Below are positions 10,280 through 20,054 of a stretch of DNA of 64,000 bases, one piece after another. Positions within the stretch are counted from its first letter, which is position 1; the number at the start of each line of letters is the position of its first letter. The notes under the pieces are model-generated. The model did not search any database. It worked only from the letters and a program-made list of their open reading frames with translations, and was not told the DNA's origin. Made by a program: the position numbers and the translations under genes. This DNA is from Candidatus Poribacteria bacterium (lineage in GTDB: Bacteria; Poribacteria; WGA-4E; UBA9662): positions 1 through 64,000 of the forward strand of contig JAYZAL010000101.1 in NCBI GenBank assembly GCA_036339735.1, given 5' to 3'.

Positions 10280-10858
10280 TTAATCTCCCAGATGAATAAT
10301 TTTCCAGTACTTGTCGTCAATAGCATCAGACACCGCAGTGGAAATCTCTTCTGTACTAACCTCACCTAGCCGCAAAATGGTGATTTTTATTAATCGCTCA
10401 CGAGCAAACTCCTTGCAGATACACTCGCCCAGATATGAGGCCAACAGGTCAGGAGCAGTACTTGGCTGCGGACGCCAGCGAGGGCCAATAGCCACATTTG
10501 GCCCAAGTCTGTCAAATAGCCTCAGTGTGCTAAGGAAGATAAAGTTACTGACACCAGCTTCGGCTGAAGCAGTCAATAGATTGTAAGTACATCGTGTTGA
10601 AAAATCTAGGAGTTGATTGGCCGAATCACTGATATCGTTCAGTGTTAGGCCGTTGGCTGAAGGCGGTCTTGCCAAATGTACAACCGAATCAACATGCTGA
10701 ACCGGTAGTTGCGATTCATGGTCAAGGTTAGAACGAATGAAATCAAAATCCGTTTGGACATCGACTATATCCGTCAACCGAATTTCGTGGTTGGCTGACA
10801 AACTCGCAGCTAACCTTCGGGCTAATTTAGTACTGGCAGATGTGATTAATAATTGCAT
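10280..10858 (-). CDS. Short, degenerate SDR/epimerase paralog
   Basis: Colinear with downstream gene (IRLTD, STRCTYNLL, LGECICKEF) but lacks GxxGxxG and YxxxK. Confidence 0.7.
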   Translation of the reverse strand: MQLLITSASTKLARRLAASLSANHEIRLTDIVDVQTDFDFIRSNLDHESQLPVQHVDSVVHLARPPSANGLTLNDISDSANQLLDFSTRCTYNLLTASAEAGVSNFIFLSTLRLFDRLGPNVAIGPRWRPQPSTAPDLLASYLGECICKEFARERLIKITILRLGEVSTEEISTAVSDAIDDKYWKIIHLGD

Positions 10859-10880
10859 TTGAATAACGTTGGCGTATAAG

Positions 10881-11876
10881 TTAAACAGGGAAATCTAGCT
10901 TCTGGTCAAAAAATACCCGACTAACCGAACGGTGCTTATGGATACGAAAGATTGCTTCAGCTAATAATGGGGCGATACTGAGGACCTTGACCCTACCGTT
11001 AATTTGTTTCTCAGCCGGAACAGGGATAGTGTTGGTCGTAACAATTTCTTGGATAGAAGGTCGGTCTAATAATTGACAAGCTTGGCCAGTTAGTACCGGG
11101 TGTGTAATAGCAATATGTACTGGGTTAGTGCCTGCCACCACAAGTGCATCAGCGTGTTTATAAATGCTACCACCAGCAATCAAATCGTCAATCAAGATAG
11201 GGGTCTTACCTGATACATCGCCAACAATCTGGTTGACTTCAACCGACCGACCGCCAATTCCGCTTCTTTGCTTATGCATGATAGCTAAAGGAGTATGGAG
11301 GATTCCAGCATACTTTTCTGCTAATTTGGCTCGGCCAACGTCTGTAGAAACGACGACCCCATCCTTGATTTTCTGCTCCTTTAGATAGGTGGAAAGGATT
11401 CCTAGTGCCGTTAGATGATCAAATGGGATATTAGAAAACCCCTGGATTTGCGTGGCGTGTAAATCGACTGAGATAATACGATCTGCACCAGCTGTAGTGA
11501 GTAGGTCAACCACCAATTTGGCCGTTATTGGCTCTCGCCCAGTAGATTTATGATCTTGCCTTGCGTAACCAAAATACGGGATCACTGCTGTGACTTGCCG
11601 AGCTGAAGCTCGACGTAATGCATCCAGCATAACTAGTAATTCCATCAAATTGTCATTGACAGGCTCACAGGTTGGCTGAATCACATAGACATCCGTCCCA
11701 CGTACACTTTCCTCAATTTGAACATGGGTTTCACTGTCGGGAAAAGTTCGTATTTCAACTTGGCCTAGGCTAATACCTAAACAGTCAGAAATTTCTTTCC
11801 CTAATTCGGGGTTAGACCGGCATGTAAATAAGCGAAAATCGCTACCAACAGACTCCCCATCTCGAATTGACATCAT
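10881..11876 (-). CDS. prs: Ribose-phosphate pyrophosphokinase (divergent PRPP loop)
   Basis: FPDSE, IPYFGYARQD, VDLHATQIQGF, ITHPV, TNTIP. Confidence 0.93.
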   Translation of the reverse strand: MMSIRDGESVGSDFRLFTCRSNPELGKEISDCLGISLGQVEIRTFPDSETHVQIEESVRGTDVYVIQPTCEPVNDNLMELLVMLDALRRASARQVTAVIPYFGYARQDHKSTGREPITAKLVVDLLTTAGADRIISVDLHATQIQGFSNIPFDHLTALGILSTYLKEQKIKDGVVVSTDVGRAKLAEKYAGILHTPLAIMHKQRSGIGGRSVEVNQIVGDVSGKTPILIDDLIAGGSIYKHADALVVAGTNPVHIAITHPVLTGQACQLLDRPSIQEIVTTNTIPVPAEKQINGRVKVLSIAPLLAEAIFRIHKHRSVSRVFFDQKLDFPV

Positions 11877-11934
11877 TCTTACTCCTTACAAGATACCATG
11901 AGACCAATCTAGAATTAGTCTGTCTGTAGTTAGC

Positions 11935-14900
11935 TTAGGAACAACCGCTAGTTTCGCCACAATTTAGACACCGGTAACATGTACCGTTACGAACCATAAT
12001 AGTACCACAACTGTGACAACTAGGCGCATCGGTCTGCATCTGGGCAATCTTCACTTCTTGCTCAATGCGTTCTTGCTTACTGCTTCCCAGTTCACCTGGT
12101 AATGGCCATTGATCTTGTTGGGGGAAATCGAGTTGTTCGACCTCATTACTAACTTCTACATTGTTAGTGATAAACTTTTGCTCCAGCCACCGAAAAACAT
12201 AATCAATTACTGACTTAGCAATTGGAATATCCTTGTTATTGGTAAAACCGGCCGGTTCAAAACGAGAATGAGAGAATTTCTTTACCAGTGATTCTAGTGG
12301 GACACCATACTGCAAAGACATAGAGGTCATAGTAGCAATAGTATCCACCAATCCAGAAATAGCTGACCCTTCTTTAGACATGGTCAAGAAAACTTCGCCT
12401 GGTAGCCCATCTTCAAACATACCAACCGTCAAATATCCTTCATGCCCAGCAATGCTAAACTTATGCGTGATCGACTGGCGCTCATCTGGCAAACGACGAC
12501 GGCTGGGAGTCATCTCTTCTACTGCAGCCAACTCAACTTCATCCTGTTCAGAGTCATTGGAGGTGTTCAATGGCTGGGACAGCTTTGATCCATCACGATA
12601 AATGGCCATTGCCTTCAGGCCCAACCGCCACGATTCGGTGTATAACCTTTCAATCTCTGCAACTGTAGATTCGTTAGGTAGGTTAATCGTTTTGGAAATA
12701 GCACCGGAAATAAAAGGCTGAGCCGCAGACATCATTTTAACATGTCCCAAGGGAGCGATAAAACGATTGCCATATTTTCCACATCGGTTGGCACAATCAA
12801 AGATCGGCAGGTGTTCTTCACGTAAGTATGGAGCACCCTCTAGAGTCATCATCCCACAGATCACTTTGTTAGCTGATTCGATCTGATCGTTGGTAAAACC
12901 TAGATGATTTAATAAAGAGAATGTCGGTTGCTCACACAAGTCTACTGCCCATCCTTTTCTTTTGGCTAAATCATCTCCAACTATGTGAAGGTTGATCGCA
13001 TTAGATAACTCAAAAACAGAGGGCAAGACAGCTTCAATTTTGCTGATTTCTTCGTCGGTCAACCCTTTTTCTTTCAAACTGATAGCATTGATTTCTGGGG
13101 CATTAAGCAAAGTGGCTGTGCCCTGGGCATAAGCTACGATAGCTTCAATATTGGGCTGACTATATCCAAGAGCAGCTAGAGCCTCCGGTACAGAGTTATT
13201 GATGATTTTGAAATAACCACCCCCTGCCAGTTTTTTGAATTTAACCAGAGCGAAGTCAGGTTCTATCCCAGTAGTATCACAATCCATTAGTAGTCCAATT
13301 GTACCAGTGGGGGCCAAAACCGTGGCTTGAGCGTTTCGATAACCATGAACTTCCCCCGCTTCAACCACTTCATTCCATATTTGTTGTGCGGTATTGATCA
13401 AATCAGGTGGACAAAGATCGGGGTCAATTTGGTAAGTAGCAGCTCGGTGCTTATTCATCACCCTCAGCATAGGTTGACGATTCTTCTCATATCCAGAAAA
13501 TGGACCTTTCACAGACGACATCTCCGCGGATGTCAGATACGCTTCTCCGCATAAAATCGCGGTCAAGGCATTGCACCAGGCGATAGCAGTTTGGCTGTCG
13601 TAGGGCAATCCTTTAACCATCAATAGCGTACCCAAGTTTGCATAACCCAAACCTAATGGACGATAGTCGTGGCTATTCTGAGCAATGGATTTGGTCGGAT
13701 AAGACGACAAATCAACTAATATCTCTTGGGCTACAAAGAAGATGCGACAGGCATGCCTGAATTTTTCAATTTCAAAGTCGCCTTCGGAATCCAAAAATTT
13801 CAGCAAGTTTATAGATGCTAAATTACATGCACTATCGTTTAAAAACATGTACTCAGAGCAAGGATTGCTACTGTAAATTCGGTCCGTACTAGAACAAGTA
13901 TGCCAATCATTGATGGTTGTATCGAACTGCACACCAGGGTCTGCGCACTGCCAAGCAGCTTCAGCTACTTTCTGCATTAACTCTGAAGCTAAAAATTCCT
14001 CGTGGGGTTCTCCTGTTGTTCGCAGGCGAGTACACCATTTTTCGTCGTTTAGATAGGCCTGCATGAATTCATTTGTTAAGCGAACAGAGTTGTTTGAATT
14101 TTGGCCCGAAACAGTCTTATAAGCCTCACCATTGAAATCAGAAGAATAACCAGCGGCAATTAGCGCAGCGACTTTCTTTTCTTCTTTGGCTTTCCATTCA
14201 ATGAAATCAACAATTTCAGGGTGATCCATATCTAGGCACACCATCTTTGCCGCACGTCGGGTTGTGCCTCCCGATTTAGTTGCTCCAGCAGCTCGATCGT
14301 AGACTTCTAAAAATGACATCAAACCACTACTAGTTCCACCACCCGAAAGTTTTTCTTGTCTGCCTCTGACTTTTGAAAAATTGCTACCAGTTCCTGATCC
14401 ATACTTAAAGACCCGAGCTTCATTTTTGACTAAATCAAAAATCGACATCAGATCGTCATCAACTGATTGGATAAAGCATGCGCTACATTGTGGGTTCTCA
14501 TAGTTGTTATCTGTCTGTACGATTTCTTGTTGGTCTCGATTCCAGTACCAATTCCCTTGCCCACCTTCAATCCCATATTGATGGTGAAGCCCGCAATTAA
14601 ACCAAACTGGCGAGTTGAAAGCACCACGTTGAGTTACTAGCATATAGGTCAATTCAGCCTCAAATCTGTCTGCATCTTCTACTGACGCAAAATATCCACC
14701 AAACTTTTCTCCAGCGTGTCGGATAGTATTGGCAACTCGGTGTACGAGTTGTCGAATGCTGTCTTCGTGTCCTTTTTCTGGTACGCCGGCTTTACGCAAG
14801 TATTTGGAGGCTGCAATATCTAAAGCTAGTTGAGACCATTCCTTCGGAACTTCAGCTCGGTCGAGATGAAAAATGACCTCTCCTTTTTCATCGTATATAG

Positions 14901-15063
14901 ATGAACTGCGATATGTCCACTCGACCTGATCAAACGGGTGGGTGCCATTTTCAGTAAATACACGAATAAACTCAAGACCTAATGATGGGTCATTTTCACC
15001 AAGCCTTTTGCTAATTGTTTCATGGCTAGGTGCGGCTGGAATTGAGTGAGTTGAATTCGTCAT
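11935..15063 (-). CDS. nrdJ: Class II (B12-dependent) ribonucleotide reductase with C-terminal TSCPD and Zn-ribbon region
   Basis: FNSPVWFN, SACFI, SNPCSE radical Cys, APTGTI, ISKTINLP, YRDGSK, C-terminal CxxC...CxxC..SGCS. Confidence 0.97.
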   Translation of the reverse strand: MTNSTHSIPAAPSHETISKRLGENDPSLGLEFIRVFTENGTHPFDQVEWTYRSSSIYDEKGEVIFHLDRAEVPKEWSQLALDIAASKYLRKAGVPEKGHEDSIRQLVHRVANTIRHAGEKFGGYFASVEDADRFEAELTYMLVTQRGAFNSPVWFNCGLHHQYGIEGGQGNWYWNRDQQEIVQTDNNYENPQCSACFIQSVDDDLMSIFDLVKNEARVFKYGSGTGSNFSKVRGRQEKLSGGGTSSGLMSFLEVYDRAAGATKSGGTTRRAAKMVCLDMDHPEIVDFIEWKAKEEKKVAALIAAGYSSDFNGEAYKTVSGQNSNNSVRLTNEFMQAYLNDEKWCTRLRTTGEPHEEFLASELMQKVAEAAWQCADPGVQFDTTINDWHTCSSTDRIYSSNPCSEYMFLNDSACNLASINLLKFLDSEGDFEIEKFRHACRIFFVAQEILVDLSSYPTKSIAQNSHDYRPLGLGYANLGTLLMVKGLPYDSQTAIAWCNALTAILCGEAYLTSAEMSSVKGPFSGYEKNRQPMLRVMNKHRAATYQIDPDLCPPDLINTAQQIWNEVVEAGEVHGYRNAQATVLAPTGTIGLLMDCDTTGIEPDFALVKFKKLAGGGYFKIINNSVPEALAALGYSQPNIEAIVAYAQGTATLLNAPEINAISLKEKGLTDEEISKIEAVLPSVFELSNAINLHIVGDDLAKRKGWAVDLCEQPTFSLLNHLGFTNDQIESANKVICGMMTLEGAPYLREEHLPIFDCANRCGKYGNRFIAPLGHVKMMSAAQPFISGAISKTINLPNESTVAEIERLYTESWRLGLKAMAIYRDGSKLSQPLNTSNDSEQDEVELAAVEEMTPSRRRLPDERQSITHKFSIAGHEGYLTVGMFEDGLPGEVFLTMSKEGSAISGLVDTIATMTSMSLQYGVPLESLVKKFSHSRFEPAGFTNNKDIPIAKSVIDYVFRWLEQKFITNNVEVSNEVEQLDFPQQDQWPLPGELGSSKQERIEQEVKIAQMQTDAPSCHSCGTIMVRNGTCYRCLNCGETSGCS

Positions 15064-15082
15064 AACGGTTCCTCGAGATTAT

Positions 15083-15907
15083 TTAATTTGCTTGGTTTTG
15101 ATTTGTTTGCTTCGCTAGATTCTTTTGCTGATTTTTGACATAGACCAACCGCTTCCCATTGACTAGTGATGACTTGATTTTGCCCTGTGAGATATGTCGG
15201 CGAATTGTACGTTCTGACATGCCAAAAATGGACACCGCACCCTTCACATCAACCCATCCACCCTGTTTTTCGTCATTTTTAGGCGGTCTAATGTCATTGG
15301 CATAGACCAATCTCACACGATTCTCCAACCTAGAACGAACTTTTCGCTGTGAAATATAACGTCTCAATGTACGCTCTGGCAGGCCAAAAGTGGCAACAGC
15401 TTCTTTAACTGAAAGCCAAGATGGGGTATCTTCAGAAGGACGATCAGCAAACTCACTAGCTGATGAAATCTGAAGGACTTCTTTTTGAAAATCATGGATG
15501 TCTTTGAACTCACGATAGACAGATGCGAAGCGAATGTAGGCAACATCATCCAAATTTTTCAGCAGGTTCATGACAACCTCACCAATAGTATGACTTTCCA
15601 CCTCATTCTTACGCAGGGCAATCAATCGCTGCAATACTTCGCCAACCAGATTGTCAATTTTGTCTTGCTCAATAGGTCGTTTTTCACAGGCTTTGCTCAG
15701 GCTTAGCAGCAACTTATGTCGGTCGAAAGATTCCTTCTGCCCATCCTTCTTGACTACGAATAAATCCAGCGTTTCTGATCTTTCGTATGTGGTAAAACGC
15801 TTACTGCACCCCAAACATTGTCGCCTTCGCCGGGTTGCATTCCCCCTATCGGTCGTACGCTTGTCAATTACCTTACTCTCTTTACTTTTGCAATAAGGAC
15901 ACTGCAC
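15083..15907 (-). CDS. nrdR: Transcriptional repressor NrdR with a C-terminal extension of two winged-HTH (HTH_17/excisionase-like) repeats
   Basis: CPYC...RRRRQCLGCSKRFTTYER Zn ribbon, ATP cone, AYIRFASVYREF; about 125 extra residues. Confidence 0.95.
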   Translation of the reverse strand: MQCPYCKSKESKVIDKRTTDRGNATRRRRQCLGCSKRFTTYERSETLDLFVVKKDGQKESFDRHKLLLSLSKACEKRPIEQDKIDNLVGEVLQRLIALRKNEVESHTIGEVVMNLLKNLDDVAYIRFASVYREFKDIHDFQKEVLQISSASEFADRPSEDTPSWLSVKEAVATFGLPERTLRRYISQRKVRSRLENRVRLVYANDIRPPKNDEKQGGWVDVKGAVSIFGMSERTIRRHISQGKIKSSLVNGKRLVYVKNQQKNLAKQTNQNQAN

Positions 15908-15953
15908 TGGTTACTCTTCCTGTGAAAAAACATTTTAGCGGCCAAGCCGACAT

Positions 15954-15998
15954 CTCAACATATTGTAGGGGTGGCAAGTGAATGGCCCAACATGGAGA
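15954..15998. promoter_or_regulatory. Tandem NrdR boxes
   Basis: Cores CAACATATTG (15956-15965) and CAACATGGAG (15988-15997, one mismatch) fit CwAnATnTwG, 32 bp apart, between promoter and nrdR start. Confidence 0.7.
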
Positions 15999-16012
15999 GC
16001 CTGCATGACCCT

Positions 16013-16041
16013 ATAATAAACCAATTGGTTGCACTTGTCAA
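16013..16041 (-). promoter_or_regulatory. Sigma70-type promoter of nrdR-nrdJ
   Basis: TTGACA-17 bp-TATTAT on minus strand. Confidence 0.7.
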
Positions 16042-16089
16042 CCAACATGCGCAACAACAATTCACTAGTATATGGGGCATCAATCCCAC

Positions 16090-16118
16090 TTGACGACTGG
16101 ATTTTCGGCTGATATCCT
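16090..16118 (+). promoter_or_regulatory. Sigma70-type promoter of S8 protease gene
   Basis: TTGACG-17 bp-TATCCT with TGn extension. Confidence 0.55.
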
Positions 16119-16126
16119 AACGAAAT

Positions 16127-19100
16127 ATGCGAATTTTTTTTATCATTTTTTTTTATTTTTTTGTTGGTATAAGTTGGAGTACCAATAAATCGCCTTCTAA
16201 TCAATCTGTTTCGGCCGAAAGTACGAGCCAAACTAGTTCTCAGTTGATTGTTCGTTTATCTTCTCCTGCTGTGTTTCAGAAAGTCAAGCATCAACTTAGA
16301 GTTGACCATATTAAGCCTCTATTGCCCCAAATAAAAACTAAGTTCCTTGCTGATCATCTCGGACTATCCCGTCTTTATCTACTCGAATTTTCCCAAAAGA
16401 TAGATCTAACCCAAAAGTACTGGCAATGTAAGGGGCATCCTCAGGTCGAGGCAGTCGCTTACAATTATATTCGGTTCACACAATCGATCGAACCTAATGA
16501 TACTAGTTACAAAGACCAGTGGAATTTGGAGAAAATTGCCATGAGAGAAGCATGGGAAATTGACCGTGGCAATTCTGATGTCATTATTGCAGTAATTGAT
16601 ACTGGTGTAGACTACACACATGAGGATTTAAAAAAACAGATGTGGCGAAACAATCGAGAGATCGATGGTAACCAGATTGACGACGATAGCAACGGATATA
16701 TTGACGATATGCTAGGTTGGGATTTCACCCAAAATGATAATAAGCCTATGGATGAAACCGGACATGGCACTCATGTGGCTGGCATTATTGGTGCTGAAGT
16801 GGATAATCGAATTGGTATTGCCGGTGTAGCTTGGAAATCTAGAATCATGGCTATTCGGGTAGGATCTTCTTCCTATTACGGTGGTGTGGGCATGCGCGAT
16901 AGTAACTCTGCCGCTGGCATCATTTATGCCGCTGATAATGGAGCAAAAGTGATTAACATGAGTTGGGGAAGCGATCGATTATCTTTTGTCATTCGTGATG
17001 CTTTAGCTTATGCTAGGGCTAGCGGAGTATTACTAGTGGCTGCTGCCGGTAATGATATGAAATCTGATGTTATTTACCCTGCCGGTTATCAGTCAGTTTT
17101 AGCAGTTGCCTCAGGCAACCAACAAAATGAGCGATTTTATCAGTCTAACTTCGGTTCCAGGGTTAATATCGTAGCTCCTGGTAATGATATTTTGAGTACC
17201 CATATACGAGACAATTATCGGCTACTATCCGGAACCTCAATGGCAGCACCACATGTAGCAGGTGTTGCTGCTTTAATGCTATCAAAGAGGCCGAATTTGA
17301 CAGCCGAAGAGATTAGACAAATTTTGGTTTCATCAGCACAACCAATGCCTAAAAGTCCTGAATTTTCGGGAGCCGGTTACCTTTTGGCACCTGCGGCTCT
17401 ACGGATGAGTATTAGTTTACAATCAAAAATTACATCACCCATTACCGGTACTGGCAGTGATAAACAGATTGAAGTCAGAGGTTCTGCTGGTGGCTTTGGA
17501 TTTCAAAAATGGCAATTACGGTACGGTCAATCGACGACACCAAACGATTGGACGATAATCAAGGAAGACTATTTACCGACTGGGAAAGATCAAATTCTAG
17601 CTGTATGGCAAACTACTTTTTTGCCTGAAGGTAGTTATACTCTTCAATTGGTTGTCAAAAATGTAGACAGTATACAGATCACAGATAATGTTGTTGTTCA
17701 AGTCGACCACTCACCACCAATTTTACAAAATTTGACCCTTCAACACTGGTTAGCCGGCGATCGTTATGTACCGGTTGTATTTTGGTCTACCTTTGACATG
17801 ACTATTAATGAACTCCATTGGAAGCCAATAGCTTCGAGCAATTGGCAGGATCGAGACGCTGAGGCTGCAGTTAGCCGAGAGCATATCTTTTGGTTACCTG
17901 ATCTACCTGCTGGTGGTTACAAACTTTCTGCTAAATCAACCAATCTGGTTGGTTTGACAACCGAACAACTGTTCAGTACTCAGATCAAAGACAGTCGAAT
18001 TCCAACTTTTCAACTAGATCAATACACACTTGGCTTACCACCACTTCATTTGGCTAACTCTAGTTCACCGATTGACTTCGATGGAGACGGACAAGTTGAG
18101 TTGGTTGGCTTGCCTTTAAGTGGGACGTTGACTAAAGGTGTCCAAATTTATGAGCGAAACAAGCGAGGTCTTTTCCCATTAAGACACACTATTCCAACCC
18201 GTTTTTGGCCAGCCTTTGTAGGCGATTTGAATCAAGATCGCCAAATAGAAATTGTTGGCTACGATGATGATCAGGTGTTTGTTATGACTGGCGACCAAAC
18301 ATATCCTGATCAGAAGGTTTGGACTTCTGATATCATTGAATTCGCTCAGGTATTTGACCTTGATCAGAATGGTCGTCCGGAAATTGTGGGGCCAAACAAC
18401 TACAGCGGTCAGGTAATCGGATTTGAAAGTGGAGGCAATAATACTTTTGATCTAATCTTTGAAATCAACAACCCTAGCCAAGGTACCAACGTGATAAAAC
18501 AGATTGCCGCCGGAGATCTTAACGGGGATGGGAAAAATGAACTTGTGTTCGGCGACAGCGAGGGTGAGATCTTCGTCTATACAGATATGAACGGTCCAAA
18601 CCATCGTTTGGTTTGGGAACATAATTTACCGATCCAAGATATTCGGGTGATAGTGGTTGGAGACATGACTGGAGACAAAATTGACGATTTCATTGTTGGA
18701 GGACAAACCTACCAGCCTGAACTACCGTCGATTGCTCGCCAATGGAAATTTTACGCTTTTACCTATCGATCACACAATAAGGGCTTTAGTCAAATCTGGT
18801 CTCAATCATTTGTTCCTTATACCGAACAACTTGCTAGTTTGAAGATTATTGATCTAAACCAAGACTCTGCAAATGAGTTGGTAGTTGCTATTTCGCCGCA
18901 CGTATACATATACGACCAAAATTTCGAGCCGATTTGGACAAAACTTATTCATGAAACACCAAACATCTTAGCAACTAATTTTTCCGAAGATGGCCGGAAG
19001 GGAATTTATGTCAATCAGTCTCGACAGGCAGTAGCTTGGTTTTGGCCGAAAACTACTGATACCAACGTTTGGGGATTAACGGCCAAGACTTCGGATCCAA

Positions 19101-19915
19101 CGCAACAACGAAAGCCGACAGTCGTTCAACTTAACTGGCAGTCTTCAGCTCAGAGATTTACTATCTATCGAGCAAAGGGAAAAGAGAGAGACTGGAAAGA
19201 GATCGGTACAAGTCAAACTAAGACCTTTAAGGATTTTGATTTTCAGACAGAATCAATCTATCGTTATACAGTATCCGTCAGCAATAGTGATCTTAGAAGT
19301 AATGAAGTTGAAGTTGTAATCAGAAGTCAATCTCAGTTAAAGACAGTTCAACCATTAGGTCAACATCAAATCTCTGTCCTGTTTGCTGATCGTTTGGACC
19401 TAAACTTATGGGAAGATCTCATTGGTCGTTCAATTTTCGATCCGACAAATTATCATTTGTCTCCAGCTAATGACTTGAAAATCAAACAGCAGCCAACTTC
19501 AGTTGTGTTAGACCAATCTGATCGACGGTTGTTATTAACCTTCTCACGCTTGGATTGGGAAGAGAATTATAGACTAGATTTATCGACTGGTGAGTATGCG
19601 GAATTTACTACGCCGCCAGATATCGGTCAACCGACTAACCTGCAACACTTAGTAGCATACCCCAATCCGGTTCGACCTAACGAAATGCATAAAGGTGCCG
19701 TTACATTCGCTAACCTACCTTCTGACAGTCAAATTCACATCTATGACTTGTCCGGCACTCTAATCCAAACATTATCAATAGAACCTGAAGATCTGGGAGA
19801 AAAGCAATGGTACCTTCAAAATAATAGAGGTTTCGCCATTGCTAGTGGCCTTTACCTGTATTCAGTTCAATATAAGGATCAGAAAAAAGTTGGCAAAATT
19901 GCAGTAGTTAAATAA
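16127..19915 (+). CDS. Secreted S8 subtilisin-like protease with FG-GAP/VCBS repeats, FN3-like region and T9SS-type C-terminal domain
   Basis: IAVIDTGVD, HGTHVAG, AAAGN, SGTSMAAPHV triad; DFDGDG/GDLNQD/GDLNGDG repeats; terminal VAYPNP...IYDLSG...ASGLYLY...GKIAVVK. Confidence 0.92.
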   Translation: MRIFFIIFFYFFVGISWSTNKSPSNQSVSAESTSQTSSQLIVRLSSPAVFQKVKHQLRVDHIKPLLPQIKTKFLADHLGLSRLYLLEFSQKIDLTQKYWQCKGHPQVEAVAYNYIRFTQSIEPNDTSYKDQWNLEKIAMREAWEIDRGNSDVIIAVIDTGVDYTHEDLKKQMWRNNREIDGNQIDDDSNGYIDDMLGWDFTQNDNKPMDETGHGTHVAGIIGAEVDNRIGIAGVAWKSRIMAIRVGSSSYYGGVGMRDSNSAAGIIYAADNGAKVINMSWGSDRLSFVIRDALAYARASGVLLVAAAGNDMKSDVIYPAGYQSVLAVASGNQQNERFYQSNFGSRVNIVAPGNDILSTHIRDNYRLLSGTSMAAPHVAGVAALMLSKRPNLTAEEIRQILVSSAQPMPKSPEFSGAGYLLAPAALRMSISLQSKITSPITGTGSDKQIEVRGSAGGFGFQKWQLRYGQSTTPNDWTIIKEDYLPTGKDQILAVWQTTFLPEGSYTLQLVVKNVDSIQITDNVVVQVDHSPPILQNLTLQHWLAGDRYVPVVFWSTFDMTINELHWKPIASSNWQDRDAEAAVSREHIFWLPDLPAGGYKLSAKSTNLVGLTTEQLFSTQIKDSRIPTFQLDQYTLGLPPLHLANSSSPIDFDGDGQVELVGLPLSGTLTKGVQIYERNKRGLFPLRHTIPTRFWPAFVGDLNQDRQIEIVGYDDDQVFVMTGDQTYPDQKVWTSDIIEFAQVFDLDQNGRPEIVGPNNYSGQVIGFESGGNNTFDLIFEINNPSQGTNVIKQIAAGDLNGDGKNELVFGDSEGEIFVYTDMNGPNHRLVWEHNLPIQDIRVIVVGDMTGDKIDDFIVGGQTYQPELPSIARQWKFYAFTYRSHNKGFSQIWSQSFVPYTEQLASLKIIDLNQDSANELVVAISPHVYIYDQNFEPIWTKLIHETPNILATNFSEDGRKGIYVNQSRQAVAWFWPKTTDTNVWGLTAKTSDPTQQRKPTVVQLNWQSSAQRFTIYRAKGKERDWKEIGTSQTKTFKDFDFQTESIYRYTVSVSNSDLRSNEVEVVIRSQSQLKTVQPLGQHQISVLFADRLDLNLWEDLIGRSIFDPTNYHLSPANDLKIKQQPTSVVLDQSDRRLLLTFSRLDWEENYRLDLSTGEYAEFTTPPDIGQPTNLQHLVAYPNPVRPNEMHKGAVTFANLPSDSQIHIYDLSGTLIQTLSIEPEDLGEKQWYLQNNRGFAIASGLYLYSVQYKDQKKVGKIAVVK

Positions 19916-19964
19916 ATTACCGTTATAAGTTGGCAAAAAAAAACAACACAAAAGAATCAAAACG

Positions 19965-19993
19965 TTGACATGTGCTGTGTTCTGTACTAAAGT
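19965..19993 (+). promoter_or_regulatory. Sigma70-type promoter of LamG gene
   Basis: TTGACA-17 bp-TAAAGT, followed by SD GGAGG. Confidence 0.6.
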
Positions 19994-20054
19994 GAGACTA
20001 ACTATTTATTCAGGTTAGCAACTATTCGCGATCAGTACGGAGGAGATATAGTAA

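Noticed and set aside
11935-15063. Intein or intron in nrdJ
   Set aside because: Continuous ORF with no C/S...HN splice motifs or LAGLIDADG block; the extra length fits long-form NrdJ with a TSCPD region
15972-15986. Possible sigma54 site TGGCAAGTGAATGGC
   Set aside because: GG-N10-GC spacing holds but the -12 lacks TTGC, it sits between the NrdR boxes, and a better sigma70 promoter explains the downstream gene
15935-16231. 98-aa minus-strand ORF before nrdR
   Set aside because: Spans promoters and NrdR boxes and is antisense to the S8 signal peptide
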